Source: an uncultured Chloroflexia bacterium (GTDB lineage: Bacteria > Chloroflexota > Chloroflexia > QHBQ01 > JADMIH01). From it: a DNA stretch of 64,000 bases. Where the stretch lies: assembly GCA_963797095.1 (NCBI GenBank), contig CAWCNY010000001.1:320001-384000 (forward strand), given 5' to 3'. The position numbers were made by a program, and so were the translations under genes. The notes under the pieces are model-generated. The model was not told where the DNA came from. It searched no databases and saw only the letters and a program-made list of their open reading frames with translations. Positions 9,199 to 18,550 of this stretch are shown here, in pieces; positions within the stretch are counted from its first letter, which is position 1; every line of letters starts with the position of its first letter.

Positions 9199-10266
9199 CT
9201 ACTTGGTCTCGCCGAGCAACTGCTTGAACATCTCTTGCTCGCGGCGCACCTGCTCCACGCTGTCTACCTGGTAAATGTCCTGGATGTGGCGGTTGCCTTC
9301 GTACTCGCTGGACAGGTAGCCATTGTAGCCGCCCTCGATCAGCACGGGCACCACCTCGTCGTAGGCAATGCTGTACTCGGTGTAGTCGGGCAGCATCTCG
9401 TAGAACTTGGCGTGGATATGCACGAAGTGCGGCATGAACTCGAGCAAGCGCTGCGGGTTCTCGTAAATCTGGAACTTGGCCATGCGGGCCATCTCGCGGT
9501 CGTAGTCGTTCGCGCCCATTTTCTCCACCTCGTCAGGTAGGTTGTCGAGGTTGTCGTGGTTGTTGAACTTCTCGAGGACGTAGTTCACGATATTCTGGTG
9601 CGCGCCGTTCCTGACGAGGCGGTCGCTCGTCACGCGAGGGAAGCGCCTGGTGAAGATGCCCATGTCCGGGGTGAAGCCGAGATATGGAGAGCCGAGCCGA
9701 TCCATGAGCTTGATTCGATCTTTGAACCACTCTTCCTCGAAGTGGTGCGGCGCGTGGATCTCGATGCCCATCTTGACATCGTATTTCTCGGCGAATGGCA
9801 CCGCTCGCTCCAACACGGGCAGCTCGGTGTTGTGGATGACTCGGATGACTTTGCAGCCGAGGCGGTTGGCGAAGCGCAGGTCGCGCACCACCGAGTCAAC
9901 CATCTCGTCCTCGGTCATTTTGCGGCCCTTGTAGATGTTCCAGTCGAGGAACATGTCGTGGCATACGGGTGTACGGCCATACTTGCGCATCCACTCATGC
10001 CACTGCTCGAAGAAGGCCTCGCCCGGCTCGGGGAAGCCAGGCACCATCTGCTCGCCGATGATCTCGATACCTGGTATGTCGAGCTTTTCGCAGGTGGCGA
10101 TAATGTCCTCCAGGCTCATTTTGCGCAGGAAGTACTCTTCCTGGAAGCTATACAGGCTCACGCCGCGCTTGATGGTGGGGGTCTTGGCGGTGCTTGCACC
10201 GGTGCCGGCGCCAGATACACTTGGGCTACTCATCATCTTCTCCTTCGGCTCCATCAGAGCCTCCAT
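9199..10266 (-). CDS. C-glycoside deglycosidase alpha subunit (alpha-6)
   Basis: GVSLYSFQEEY, IEIHAP, PDMG, HIHAKF, SSEYEG; true start may be the downstream MMSS. Confidence 0.85.
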   Translation of the reverse strand: MEALMEPKEKMMSSPSVSGAGTGASTAKTPTIKRGVSLYSFQEEYFLRKMSLEDIIATCEKLDIPGIEIIGEQMVPGFPEPGEAFFEQWHEWMRKYGRTPVCHDMFLDWNIYKGRKMTEDEMVDSVVRDLRFANRLGCKVIRVIHNTELPVLERAVPFAEKYDVKMGIEIHAPHHFEEEWFKDRIKLMDRLGSPYLGFTPDMGIFTRRFPRVTSDRLVRNGAHQNIVNYVLEKFNNHDNLDNLPDEVEKMGANDYDREMARMAKFQIYENPQRLLEFMPHFVHIHAKFYEMLPDYTEYSIAYDEVVPVLIEGGYNGYLSSEYEGNRHIQDIYQVDSVEQVRREQEMFKQLLGETK

Positions 10267-10269
10267 TTA

Positions 10270-10662
10270 TCAGTGGACTAATTCCAGAACTTTGTGATCG
10301 TGACCTCTGAAGCCTGCAGGCACATACGATATCTTCAGGTGCTGTTCCACATCTACCTCGTGCCGGCCCGGCTTGAGCCCACCCGGCTTGTTCACGGTCA
10401 CGATACCGACCTCACCGAACTCCCAGCGGTCCACGTCCTGGTCTTCCATCTCGGCGAGTTTGTAGGTGTTCCCGTGCAGGGTGACCGTCAACCCCTCCGG
10501 GGCGATGCTCTCGCCATCCACACTAAGTTGGGGAGGATCGACCAGGGATATCACGATGCCACGATAATATGGCAAGCGCAGTCCGACTTGGAACCCCGTG
10601 ACCTCACCGTCCTTCTCCACGTTCCTGAACTCCTCACCCACGATCATGTATTTGTCAAACAT
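10270..10662 (-). CDS. C-glycoside deglycosidase beta subunit (beta-7)
   Basis: MFDKYMIVGEEF...RLPYYRG...RWEFGE; ATG 10662 behind AAGGAG. Confidence 0.85.
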   Translation of the reverse strand: MFDKYMIVGEEFRNVEKDGEVTGFQVGLRLPYYRGIVISLVDPPQLSVDGESIAPEGLTVTLHGNTYKLAEMEDQDVDRWEFGEVGIVTVNKPGGLKPGRHEVDVEQHLKISYVPAGFRGHDHKVLELVH

Positions 10663-10690
10663 AGCGTGTCTCCTTCTCCCGACTAGACCC

Positions 10691-11743
10691 TTAGCGCCCA
10701 GCAGAAACGGCCGACGTCTCGCCAAGCAGCCGTTTGAACATCACGTGTTGGCGGCGCACCTGCTCTACGCTGTCTACGGGGAAAGCATCCTGGATATGGC
10801 GGTTGCCCTCGTACTCGCTCGACAGATAGCCGCCGTAGCCGCCCTCGATCAGCACGGGGATGATCTCGTCATAGGGGATGCTGTACTCTGTGTAGTCGGG
10901 CAGCATTTCATTGAACTTGGCGTGAATGTGGACCACGTGCGGCATGATCGGCAGGAGGCGGCGCGGGTCGACGTAGATCATGGCTCGGCTCGTATAGGAG
11001 GCCGCCCACTTGTCAACAGGCCCACCGCCCATCTTCTCAACATCTTCCGGCAGGTGCTCCTGTCCTTCATGGCTGTTGTAGACCTCGACGATGTGATCGA
11101 CGATGTCTTGGCGAGCTCCGTCGCGCACCCACCGCTCGCTGACTACCCGTGGCATACGCTTGGTGAAAATGCCCATGTCGGGAGTGAAGCCCAGGTAAGG
11201 AGAGCCAAGCCGCTCCATTAGCTCCAACAGCTCCTGCATTGCGGGATTGTCGGGGTGGTTGGGCGCGTGTATCTCCACGCCTATCTTGACGTCAAGCTCC
11301 TCGGCGTAGGGCACCGAGCGCGCCAGCACGTTCAGGCTGGCCGTGTGGATCCCGCGGATGACTTTGCAGCCGAGGTGGTTGGCGAAGCGCAAGTCGCGCA
11401 CTACCGATTGCACCTGCTCATCCTCGGTCATGGTGCGGCCCTTGTGCTTGTTCCAGTCGAGGAACATGTCGTGGCACACCGGAGTGCGGCCGTACTTGCG
11501 CATCCACTCGTGCCAGTTCTGGAAAAATGCCTCACCAGGCTCGGGGAAGCCAGGGGCCATCTGCTCGCCGATGATCTCGATACCTGGTATATCGAGCTTT
11601 TCGCAGGTGGCGATAATGTCCTCCAGGCTCATTTTGCGCAGGAAATACTCTTCCTGGAAGCTGTACAGGCTCGCCCCTCGCTTTATGTTGTTGGCGGGGA
11701 CTTGCTTGGTGCTGTTTGCCTCGGTTGTGCTTGCGTTGCTCAC
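10691..11743 (-). CDS. C-glycoside deglycosidase alpha subunit (alpha-7)
   Basis: GASLYSF, VEIHAP, PDMG, HIHAKF, SSEYEG. Confidence 0.85.
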   Translation of the reverse strand: MSNASTTEANSTKQVPANNIKRGASLYSFQEEYFLRKMSLEDIIATCEKLDIPGIEIIGEQMAPGFPEPGEAFFQNWHEWMRKYGRTPVCHDMFLDWNKHKGRTMTEDEQVQSVVRDLRFANHLGCKVIRGIHTASLNVLARSVPYAEELDVKIGVEIHAPNHPDNPAMQELLELMERLGSPYLGFTPDMGIFTKRMPRVVSERWVRDGARQDIVDHIVEVYNSHEGQEHLPEDVEKMGGGPVDKWAASYTSRAMIYVDPRRLLPIMPHVVHIHAKFNEMLPDYTEYSIPYDEIIPVLIEGGYGGYLSSEYEGNRHIQDAFPVDSVEQVRRQHVMFKRLLGETSAVSAGR

Positions 11744-11785
11744 GTTCGGTCACCTCCATGTGCATGAAAGCCGCAAATCTGATAC

Positions 11786-12181
11786 TCAGGCGGCTAGATT
11801 GAGGTCTTTATGGTCGTTGCCGCGGAAGCCCCGACCCGGTATGTAACTAATGTCCAGGTGGATGAACAGGTCGAACTTGTGCTCGCCAGGGGCAAGGCCA
11901 CCCGGTTTGTTCATCCTCAGGATGCCCACTTCGCCGAACTCCCACCGGAAGTCGGGCATCGACTTGAGGGCTGTGAGAGGGTACGTCTGGCCATGCAAGG
12001 TTACGCTGATCTTTTCGGGTGGGATGTGCTCCCCGTCAACAGCCAGGTCTATTGTCTTGATGAGCGACACGCAAATGCCGCGGTAGTACGGAAGGCGAGC
12101 GCCGACCTGGAAGCCGGTAATCTCGCCGTCCTTGCTGACGTTGCGGAATTCCTCGCCCACGATCATGTATCTGTCAAACAT
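11786..12181 (-). CDS. C-glycoside deglycosidase beta subunit (beta-8)
   Basis: MFDRYMIVGEEF...RLPYYRG...RWEFGE...PGGLAPGEH. Confidence 0.85.
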   Translation of the reverse strand: MFDRYMIVGEEFRNVSKDGEITGFQVGARLPYYRGICVSLIKTIDLAVDGEHIPPEKISVTLHGQTYPLTALKSMPDFRWEFGEVGILRMNKPGGLAPGEHKFDLFIHLDISYIPGRGFRGNDHKDLNLAA

Positions 12182-12203
12182 CTCACTGAACTCCTTATTT
12201 GGG

Positions 12204-13259
12204 CTACCGGGCGGCAGTTTCCGTAGCCGGAACCTCCCCGATCAGCTGCTTGAACATTGCATGTTGCCGGCGAACCTGCTCGGTGCTGTCCACCGGGAAG
12301 GCATCCTGTATATGGCGGTTGCCTTCGTACTCGCTCGACAGGTGGCCATCGAAACCCGCCTCGATCAGCACGGGCACAACCTCGTCATAGGCGATGCTGT
12401 ATTCGGTGTAATCGGGCAGCATCTCGTAGAACTTGGCGTGGATGTGGAAGATGTAGTCCTTAATCTTCAGCAGGTCGCGAGGTTTCTCGAAGATGCCCAG
12501 GCGCATGCCATACCCGAGCTGGAAAGCCTCCTGCTCCGTGGCTCCGATCTTCGTTGACGCCTCTTGCAGATCGTCCATGTAGAGGCCGCTGTTGTATAGC
12601 TCTACGAACCTATCGGCAATCTCCTGCCGCAAGCCGTCGCGCACCCAGCGCTCGCTGACCACGCGCGGAAAGCGGCGCGTGAAGATGCCCATATCGGGCA
12701 GGAAGCCGTAGTGGCGCGTGCCCGTGCGCTGGATCACCTCCAGGTGCAACTCGATCCATTCGCCGTTCAGGCGGCGGGGTGAGTGGATCTCCACCGCGAG
12801 CTTGATATCGCGCTCCTCGGCGTAGGGCAGAGCCAACTCGATCCACTTCGGCGCGATACCCGAACCGACGCGGATCACCTTGCAGCCAAGCTTGTGAGCG
12901 AACTCGATGTCGCGCACCAGGTCGTGACGAGCCTCCTCGTCAGTCATCATCCGTCCCTCGTACTTGTTCCAGTCGAGGAAGAGGTCGTGGCACACCGGAG
13001 TGCGGCCGTACTTGCGCATCCACTCGTGCCAGTTCTGGAAAAATGCCTCACCAGGCTCGGGGAAGCCAGGGGCCATCTGCTCGCCGATGATCTCGATACC
13101 TGGTATGTCGAGCTTTTCGCAGGTGGCGATAATGTCCTCCAGGCCCATTTTGCGCAGGAAATACTCTTCCTGGAAGCTGTACAGGCTCGCCCCTCGCTTT
13201 ATGTTTTGGGCGGGGACCTTTGCCGGTCCTGGTGTGCCTTGTGTATCAGCGTTAGCCAT
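12204..13259 (-). CDS. C-glycoside deglycosidase alpha subunit (alpha-8)
   Basis: GASLYSF, VEIHSP, PDMG, HIHAKF, SSEYEG; start MANADT at 13259 behind AAGGAGG. Confidence 0.85.
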   Translation of the reverse strand: MANADTQGTPGPAKVPAQNIKRGASLYSFQEEYFLRKMGLEDIIATCEKLDIPGIEIIGEQMAPGFPEPGEAFFQNWHEWMRKYGRTPVCHDLFLDWNKYEGRMMTDEEARHDLVRDIEFAHKLGCKVIRVGSGIAPKWIELALPYAEERDIKLAVEIHSPRRLNGEWIELHLEVIQRTGTRHYGFLPDMGIFTRRFPRVVSERWVRDGLRQEIADRFVELYNSGLYMDDLQEASTKIGATEQEAFQLGYGMRLGIFEKPRDLLKIKDYIFHIHAKFYEMLPDYTEYSIAYDEVVPVLIEAGFDGHLSSEYEGNRHIQDAFPVDSTEQVRRQHAMFKQLIGEVPATETAAR

Positions 13260-13297
13260 ATTCTCATGCCTCCTTCCGAGGGCCCGAACAGGCGGGT

Positions 13298-14275
13298 CTA
13301 TGTCGCTGCCTTGATGCATCCCTCGATGTATCGTTTGATCATAGCCTGGTGCTCCTGCACCATTGCCAGCGAATCGGGCGCGTCACCCTCAAACTCGCTG
13401 GACATCCACCCTTTGTAGCCGCCCGCTAACAATTCATGCACCACTTCCTCGTAGCGCAGGTTCGGCTCGGTGCCGTTTTCCATGCTGAAGAACTTGCCGT
13501 GCACATGCATAATGTAGGACATGATCGTGCGTAGGGCCGCCGGCTCCGAGTGGCCAAAGCTGCCCCAGAAGCTCTCGACAGCACTGACCTGGCTTTTTTG
13601 CAAGCCGTGATGCTCCAATTCGGCCAGAGCCTCCGGCAGTGGGGTCTCTGCGTTCCACAGCTCCACCGCCCTCGTTACGATGCTCTCTGCCACCCCGCGG
13701 GCACGGGCCCGCTCAGTGGCGAACTGCGGCACCGAGCGGGCGAAGATACCCATGTCCGGGATAAGACCGAGATGGTCGGAGGAAATCCGCTCTACCTGCC
13801 TGATCAGCTCCTGCGTTTGCGGAGCTTCGATCATCAAGGGCACGTGCAATTCGTAGCCCATCTTCAAACCGAGCTTCTCAGCGTAGGGCAGCAGCCGCTC
13901 GATCACCGGGTAAACGAAGTACTGGAGTCGCACCACCCGGAAGCCGAGCTTTGCCGCGCCAATTAACTGCGGAACAGTGTATTCGACCAGCTCATCGGGC
14001 GTGAGGTCTCGGCCGGGCAGCATGAAGGGGTCAGCGTAGCTGCCATACGAAGTGGGCGTCAGGCCGTTACGCTCAATAGAGCTTTTGAAGATGCGCTCGA
14101 ACTCGGACGTAACGTAGGGGAAGCCCCGGTGATGAGCCGGCCCCACGATTTCCACCCCGCCGCCAAGCCCGGCGGCTTTCTGCATCATGTCCTCGAAGGA
14201 CCACTGGAATGAGCAATACTCGTTCGTGAAGCTATGGAACGATATGCCCACTTTGAAGGGCTCTGTTATGGTCAC
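13298..14275 (-). CDS. C-glycoside deglycosidase alpha subunit, divergent clade (alpha-9)
   Basis: GISFHSFT, RLQ, YELHVP, PDMG, HVHGKF, SSEFEG; GTG start overlaps the beta-9 stop. Confidence 0.8.
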   Translation of the reverse strand: MTITEPFKVGISFHSFTNEYCSFQWSFEDMMQKAAGLGGGVEIVGPAHHRGFPYVTSEFERIFKSSIERNGLTPTSYGSYADPFMLPGRDLTPDELVEYTVPQLIGAAKLGFRVVRLQYFVYPVIERLLPYAEKLGLKMGYELHVPLMIEAPQTQELIRQVERISSDHLGLIPDMGIFARSVPQFATERARARGVAESIVTRAVELWNAETPLPEALAELEHHGLQKSQVSAVESFWGSFGHSEPAALRTIMSYIMHVHGKFFSMENGTEPNLRYEEVVHELLAGGYKGWMSSEFEGDAPDSLAMVQEHQAMIKRYIEGCIKAAT

Positions 14276-14757
14276 GATATGTCCTCCGGCCCTCCACTCT
14301 CAAGACGCAGACGTTTGCTGGAGGAGTTGTAAAAGGAAAATCTCCCCGCGGTCGCGTAAGGCTCTACAGTGACCAGGGTGCCCTGGACGTCATGGACGCC
14401 GGGCTCGAGCGGTGCATGCGGCACAAAGAGGTCGGCGTAATCGAGGATGAACCACCAGACCTTACTCAGGCCGCGAAGCTCATCGAGTTTGTGGCCGTAG
14501 TTATTGAGGATGAGGACGATGTTTTGGGGGTCTATTTGCTCACCGTCAATGCTCAGCTCTATTCCTTCGATGCACGAGAGCGGAAGAGACCTGTAACTGG
14601 TCAGCCTGACCTTGAGCATGACGCCGGGCTGGCTATTGTGTACTGAGTTACGCAAGCCCTGGTCGGCAATAAAGCCCCGATCTTTAGGATGCCGCGCAAT
14701 TGCTATCGGGGACGAGGCTGCGGTCCCCGCCGGCAATGCTCTCTCCTGGCAATCCAT
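14272..14757 (-). CDS. C-glycoside deglycosidase beta subunit, 'YRSLPLSC' clade (beta-9), first gene of the array
   Basis: RLTSYRSLPLSCIEGIELSIDG...WWFILD...EPY; ATG 14757 behind AAGGAG. Confidence 0.8.
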   Translation of the reverse strand: MDCQERALPAGTAASSPIAIARHPKDRGFIADQGLRNSVHNSQPGVMLKVRLTSYRSLPLSCIEGIELSIDGEQIDPQNIVLILNNYGHKLDELRGLSKVWWFILDYADLFVPHAPLEPGVHDVQGTLVTVEPYATAGRFSFYNSSSKRLRLESGGPEDIS

Positions 14758-14910
14758 ACTCTGCTCCTTTCGCTCCCTGTGACGGCCGTGCCTGCCCCTA
14801 TGGCATGTGTAAGTGCACGGCTTGCCGAACGAGGGGTCCAGCCGATGGCCGGTCATTGTGGGCGCGCCAATGCGTGTGCGGCCGGCACTACTTTGCCGGT
14901 ACCAGAGAAG

Positions 14911-14956
14911 AGTATATCCCCCATTTTTCTGCCGAAACACCGTAAAAACCTGGGAA
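14911..14956 (-). promoter_or_regulatory. putative activator-dependent promoter of the deglycosidase array
   Basis: Coding strand TTCCCAGGTTTTTACGGT-N22-TATACT; same architecture at 19726-19771 and 32912-32957. Confidence 0.7.
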
Positions 14957-15011
14957 TCAACGCGCGCGAATACCGGGCGAATCTTCGCGGGATTTAGCGG
15001 CTGAGCCGCAC

Positions 15012-18000
15012 CTAGATAGCTTCTATGGTGACGAGGCGGTGCTCAATTGCGTAGCGCATGGCGGCCGTGCGCGACGACACGTCCAGTTTGCCGTAAATGA
15101 CGTTGAGGTAGCTGACTACCGTGCTGGGGCTGATCACCAGTTGCTCTGCGATATCCAGGTTGGACAGTCCCTTGGCAACCAACAGCAGCACGTCAAGCTC
15201 GCGTTTGGTCAAGCCTGCGGGGCGCTCAGGGGCCTTGACACGATGCTTGTGCGTGCTGCGAGCGACGTTTTCAAGCGAGAGCAACTGCTCAATGGGCAGA
15301 TTGTGTCCCTCTTCCCATGTGCTGAGGAATTCCAGCTCGCCCATTTCCTGGCGCGCCGAAGCGACCAGTTGTGCACGCTCGGCGGACGGAGCAGGGTGGT
15401 GGTGTGGGTCGGACGCTTGCCGCTGCCTCTCGCCGGCTGCCCAGAGTTGTACGGCCCAGCCCACGCGTCCGCACCGCATGGCCGCGTCGGCCAGCTCCTC
15501 CAGGCAACTGATGATGGCAGCATGCGCGCCTATGGCCTGGGCGCTCGCAATGCAACGTCGAGCCATCGTGATTGATGTCAGGTAATCCTGCCTGTACAGG
15601 GCTGCCTGGGCCATGAGGAGGCTTGCGCGAGCGATACCGCGTATGTCTTGCAGCCGGTCGAACAGGTCGAGCGCCCTCTCAATCAATACCGATGCGCGTG
15701 ACCAATCGCCGCTGCTCAGCGCAAAGCGCCCGTGAGCGCAGAGAAAGTACCCTGCCGTACCGCCCCAGCGGCGCAGTTCCATTTCCTGGATCTGCTCGTC
15801 GAAGAGCGCCTGGGCTCTTGCTCTCTCGCCCGTGGCGAGCAGCGCATCGGCCAGATTCAGCAACGACATGCGGCGCAGATGCAGATCACCCAACTCGGCA
15901 AAGAGCGCGGCGCACCGTTCGAGATGAATACGAGAGCGCGCAAACTCGCCGCAATATTGTGCAAGCATGCCGGACGAGTATTCAATGTGGGCCAGAGTCC
16001 ATGGATCGGCACGCCCATCCATCAGACCGAACAACTCTTCCGCCTGGGCCTTCGCCGCGGCAACATTGCCCTTCACCAGGTGGAAGAGACTCAATATGTG
16101 CGAAGCTCTGGCAATGTTCCTGTTGTCACCGGCTGCTTTACTCAGTTCAAAGCTTTCGCGAAGCCAATCCTGGGCACGCTCGCCCTGGTCAAGATGCAGA
16201 GCGAGCAAGCCCGCAGCTAAGAGGGTTTGCCTGTTGCGCGGTCCGGTGACTTCTCCCTCCGGGGCGTACAATACCTGCTCAGCCCAACTCAACCCCTCAC
16301 TAAGCCTGCCACGAACGTACCAGAATTGCCCCAGATCCCCAACCAGCTCCGCGCTGCGGTCGTAGTCATGCTCAGACAGCAAGAAGGAAAGCGCAGCGTT
16401 GAAGTTGTGTTCATCCCGGTCGAATCTTCCCAGCCAGTGCATCTGCTGCTCACTGTGTAACCCCGGTCCGGCTTGCCGGGCGAGAGAGATGTAGTGTTCG
16501 GCGTGGGCGGTCCTGGCCATACGCAATTCGCCGCTCCGCTCCAGGCGCTCCAGCGCATATTCCCGCACCGTCTCCGAGAGGCTGAGGCGCGGTGCCTTCC
16601 CGGCCTTTGCAGCTGAGAGGAGCAGGCTCTTGTCAATCAGCGAGGAAAGGATGTCCAGAACGGAGGTCGCCAGCTCCCCAAATGCATTGCACACCGCTTC
16701 GGCCGCGTCCAGGTCAAATCGGGCGTTGAAAACGGCAAGCCGCCGTAGCGCCGACTGCTCATCGGGGTGCAGCAGATCATAGCTCCAATCCAGAGTGGCG
16801 CGTAACGTCTGGTGGCGCGCCGGGCGCTCTCGCCCGCCCCCGGTGAGCACCGCCAGCAGGTGCTCCAGTCGCTCAAGCAGCGCCTCAGGCGATAGGAGCC
16901 GCACGCGGGCAGCCGCCAGCTCGATAGCCAGTGGAAGTCCGTCCAGACGCGCACAAATCTGAGCAATCGCCTTCAGGGAGGGACCGCTCACGTCCAGGTT
17001 CGGGGCGATTGCAGTTGCCCGGTCAAGGAAAAGGGCAATTGCCGGGTAATTCAGGAGGTTATCATGGGGCGGCAGGTCGGCGGGGTCGGGGAAAGATAGC
17101 GACTTCACAAGAATGGAGTGTTCGCCCCGGAGGTAGAGCACTTCGCGGCTAGTGACCAGCAGCTTAAGCCCGTCGCATGCGCTAACAAGTTCGTCCAGCA
17201 TTGGGACAACCTCAGGCACCTGTTCGAGGTTGTCGAGGATAAGCAGCAGCTCTCGGTGCTGTAGCGCCTCGCTGAGCAGCACTCTGATCGAGGTGTGGCC
17301 GTCGGTAGGCAATCCGAACAGCCGAGCCACTCTCGTAAGGGCGATTTGCGGATCGCGCACAGAATCGATGGACAGAAAGTATACGCCATCCCGGAAGTCG
17401 GCTTGCAATGCGGAGATGGCCTCAAAGGCAAGGCGTGTTTTGCCTATGCCGCCCGGACCCACCAGGCTGACCACTCTGACATCCGGGCGACGAAGCAGAG
17501 CTACCAGGGACGCCACTTCATCAACGCGGTCCACAAGGCGTGTTGTCGGGAGAGGCACCGGCGCCGGAGGGTTTAGCCTGGCAATCGAGCCTGCGTCCAG
17601 GGCGATGTATCTTGAAGCTGCGGGCTCAGCTTTCGCAACGAGCATATCGACAAGACGATGTGTGCTAGGCTCCTCGGTGTCGCTCAGTTCGGTGGGATCC
17701 TCTGGGTCAACATGGTCGGCCTGATCGCTGTGATCGCTGTAGTCTTCCAGGCGCAGCAGTTTGCCCACAACCGTGATCAGGCGCGCCCAGGTCATTTCCT
17801 CAGCTTTTCCAATGTAGGTACTGATGCGCTTACCCTGCGTCTTGCGATATGCGTACCAGTATGGTTTGCCGGAGCGCACCTCTTTACGAGCGCTGAAAGA
17901 GCCAGCAGGTGACTCGAACCGGAATGAGGAATGTGTGTCGAGCCAGGCAAACCATTGTGCCGAGCCGACCCTAACGGGACTCGTGACGTCAACTATATTT

Positions 18001-18044
18001 TGCAGTAATCCCTGCCGAATAATCGGAGCACAACTGGTGTTCAA
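15012..18044 (-). CDS. LuxR-family STAND transcriptional regulator (N-terminal WFAWL/YWYAYR domain, NB-ARC-like ATPase, TPR, LuxR HTH)
   Basis: GPGGIGKTRL Walker A, LLILDNLEQ, LDGLPLAIELAAAR, C-terminal GLTKRELDVLLLVAKGLSN...YGKLDVSSR; TTG 18044 behind GGAGG. Confidence 0.9.
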   Translation of the reverse strand: MNTSCAPIIRQGLLQNIVDVTSPVRVGSAQWFAWLDTHSSFRFESPAGSFSARKEVRSGKPYWYAYRKTQGKRISTYIGKAEEMTWARLITVVGKLLRLEDYSDHSDQADHVDPEDPTELSDTEEPSTHRLVDMLVAKAEPAASRYIALDAGSIARLNPPAPVPLPTTRLVDRVDEVASLVALLRRPDVRVVSLVGPGGIGKTRLAFEAISALQADFRDGVYFLSIDSVRDPQIALTRVARLFGLPTDGHTSIRVLLSEALQHRELLLILDNLEQVPEVVPMLDELVSACDGLKLLVTSREVLYLRGEHSILVKSLSFPDPADLPPHDNLLNYPAIALFLDRATAIAPNLDVSGPSLKAIAQICARLDGLPLAIELAAARVRLLSPEALLERLEHLLAVLTGGGRERPARHQTLRATLDWSYDLLHPDEQSALRRLAVFNARFDLDAAEAVCNAFGELATSVLDILSSLIDKSLLLSAAKAGKAPRLSLSETVREYALERLERSGELRMARTAHAEHYISLARQAGPGLHSEQQMHWLGRFDRDEHNFNAALSFLLSEHDYDRSAELVGDLGQFWYVRGRLSEGLSWAEQVLYAPEGEVTGPRNRQTLLAAGLLALHLDQGERAQDWLRESFELSKAAGDNRNIARASHILSLFHLVKGNVAAAKAQAEELFGLMDGRADPWTLAHIEYSSGMLAQYCGEFARSRIHLERCAALFAELGDLHLRRMSLLNLADALLATGERARAQALFDEQIQEMELRRWGGTAGYFLCAHGRFALSSGDWSRASVLIERALDLFDRLQDIRGIARASLLMAQAALYRQDYLTSITMARRCIASAQAIGAHAAIISCLEELADAAMRCGRVGWAVQLWAAGERQRQASDPHHHPAPSAERAQLVASARQEMGELEFLSTWEEGHNLPIEQLLSLENVARSTHKHRVKAPERPAGLTKRELDVLLLVAKGLSNLDIAEQLVISPSTVVSYLNVIYGKLDVSSRTAAMRYAIEHRLVTIEAI

Positions 18045-18314
18045 CTGCTTACCTCCACTAGCTCCAGACACATCTGCCGTTTCAGTCTCCAGAGAGGGTC
18101 TGGTGGCTAAAGGTAGATACACAATAATGTCCGGGTGCCCAACGGGTGCGCAACCCATACTCTTCAGTAAGAAGGAGCACAACTAGGGCAAATTAGGCGA
18201 AGCGCTGGCCAAATATGGCTGCTCAGGGCAAAGAACCGGTGCCAGCATACGCAATAGAGGACCTTAGCGCTGCGCTCCTCCCGCCGACGTGGACGTGGCA
18301 ACAACTGTAGGCTA

Positions 18315-18343
18315 TTGACAGTTACACGTATAACTAGTATTAT
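18315..18343 (+). promoter_or_regulatory. sigma70-type promoter with a palindromic LacI-type operator in the spacer
   Basis: TTGACA-N17-TATTAT; AGTTACACGTATAACT (18320-18335) is a CG-centred near-perfect palindrome; lies upstream of the LacI gene. Confidence 0.7.
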
Positions 18344-18550
18344 AAGGGCAGATTGTGCATCTGTCAATACTCTTTGTGGTGACGGCTCACAGGTGCTCAA
18401 GACCCAGGGATTTCCACCTGCGGGGCTGCAAATATGCCGGGGCGATAGCCCCCGGCGAATTATCATATCTTGCTGCGTCGCGGCCCGGATAGGAATAAAT
18501 CTTCTCGCGCGCAAGTAGGATCGACGTATCCAATCGAGGAGGATGCAAGG

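Noticed and set aside
271-13418. Long plus-strand ORFs (e.g. 271-1797, 3589-5049) opposite the array
   Set aside because: Antisense shadows of GC-rich genes with no recognisable motifs; the same applies to 20518-21882 (minus) and 38242-39996 (plus).
1-14757. DGR- or integron-style mechanism for the array
   Set aside because: No reverse transcriptase, no adenine-specific variation, no attC-like sites and no adjacent intact recombinase were seen.
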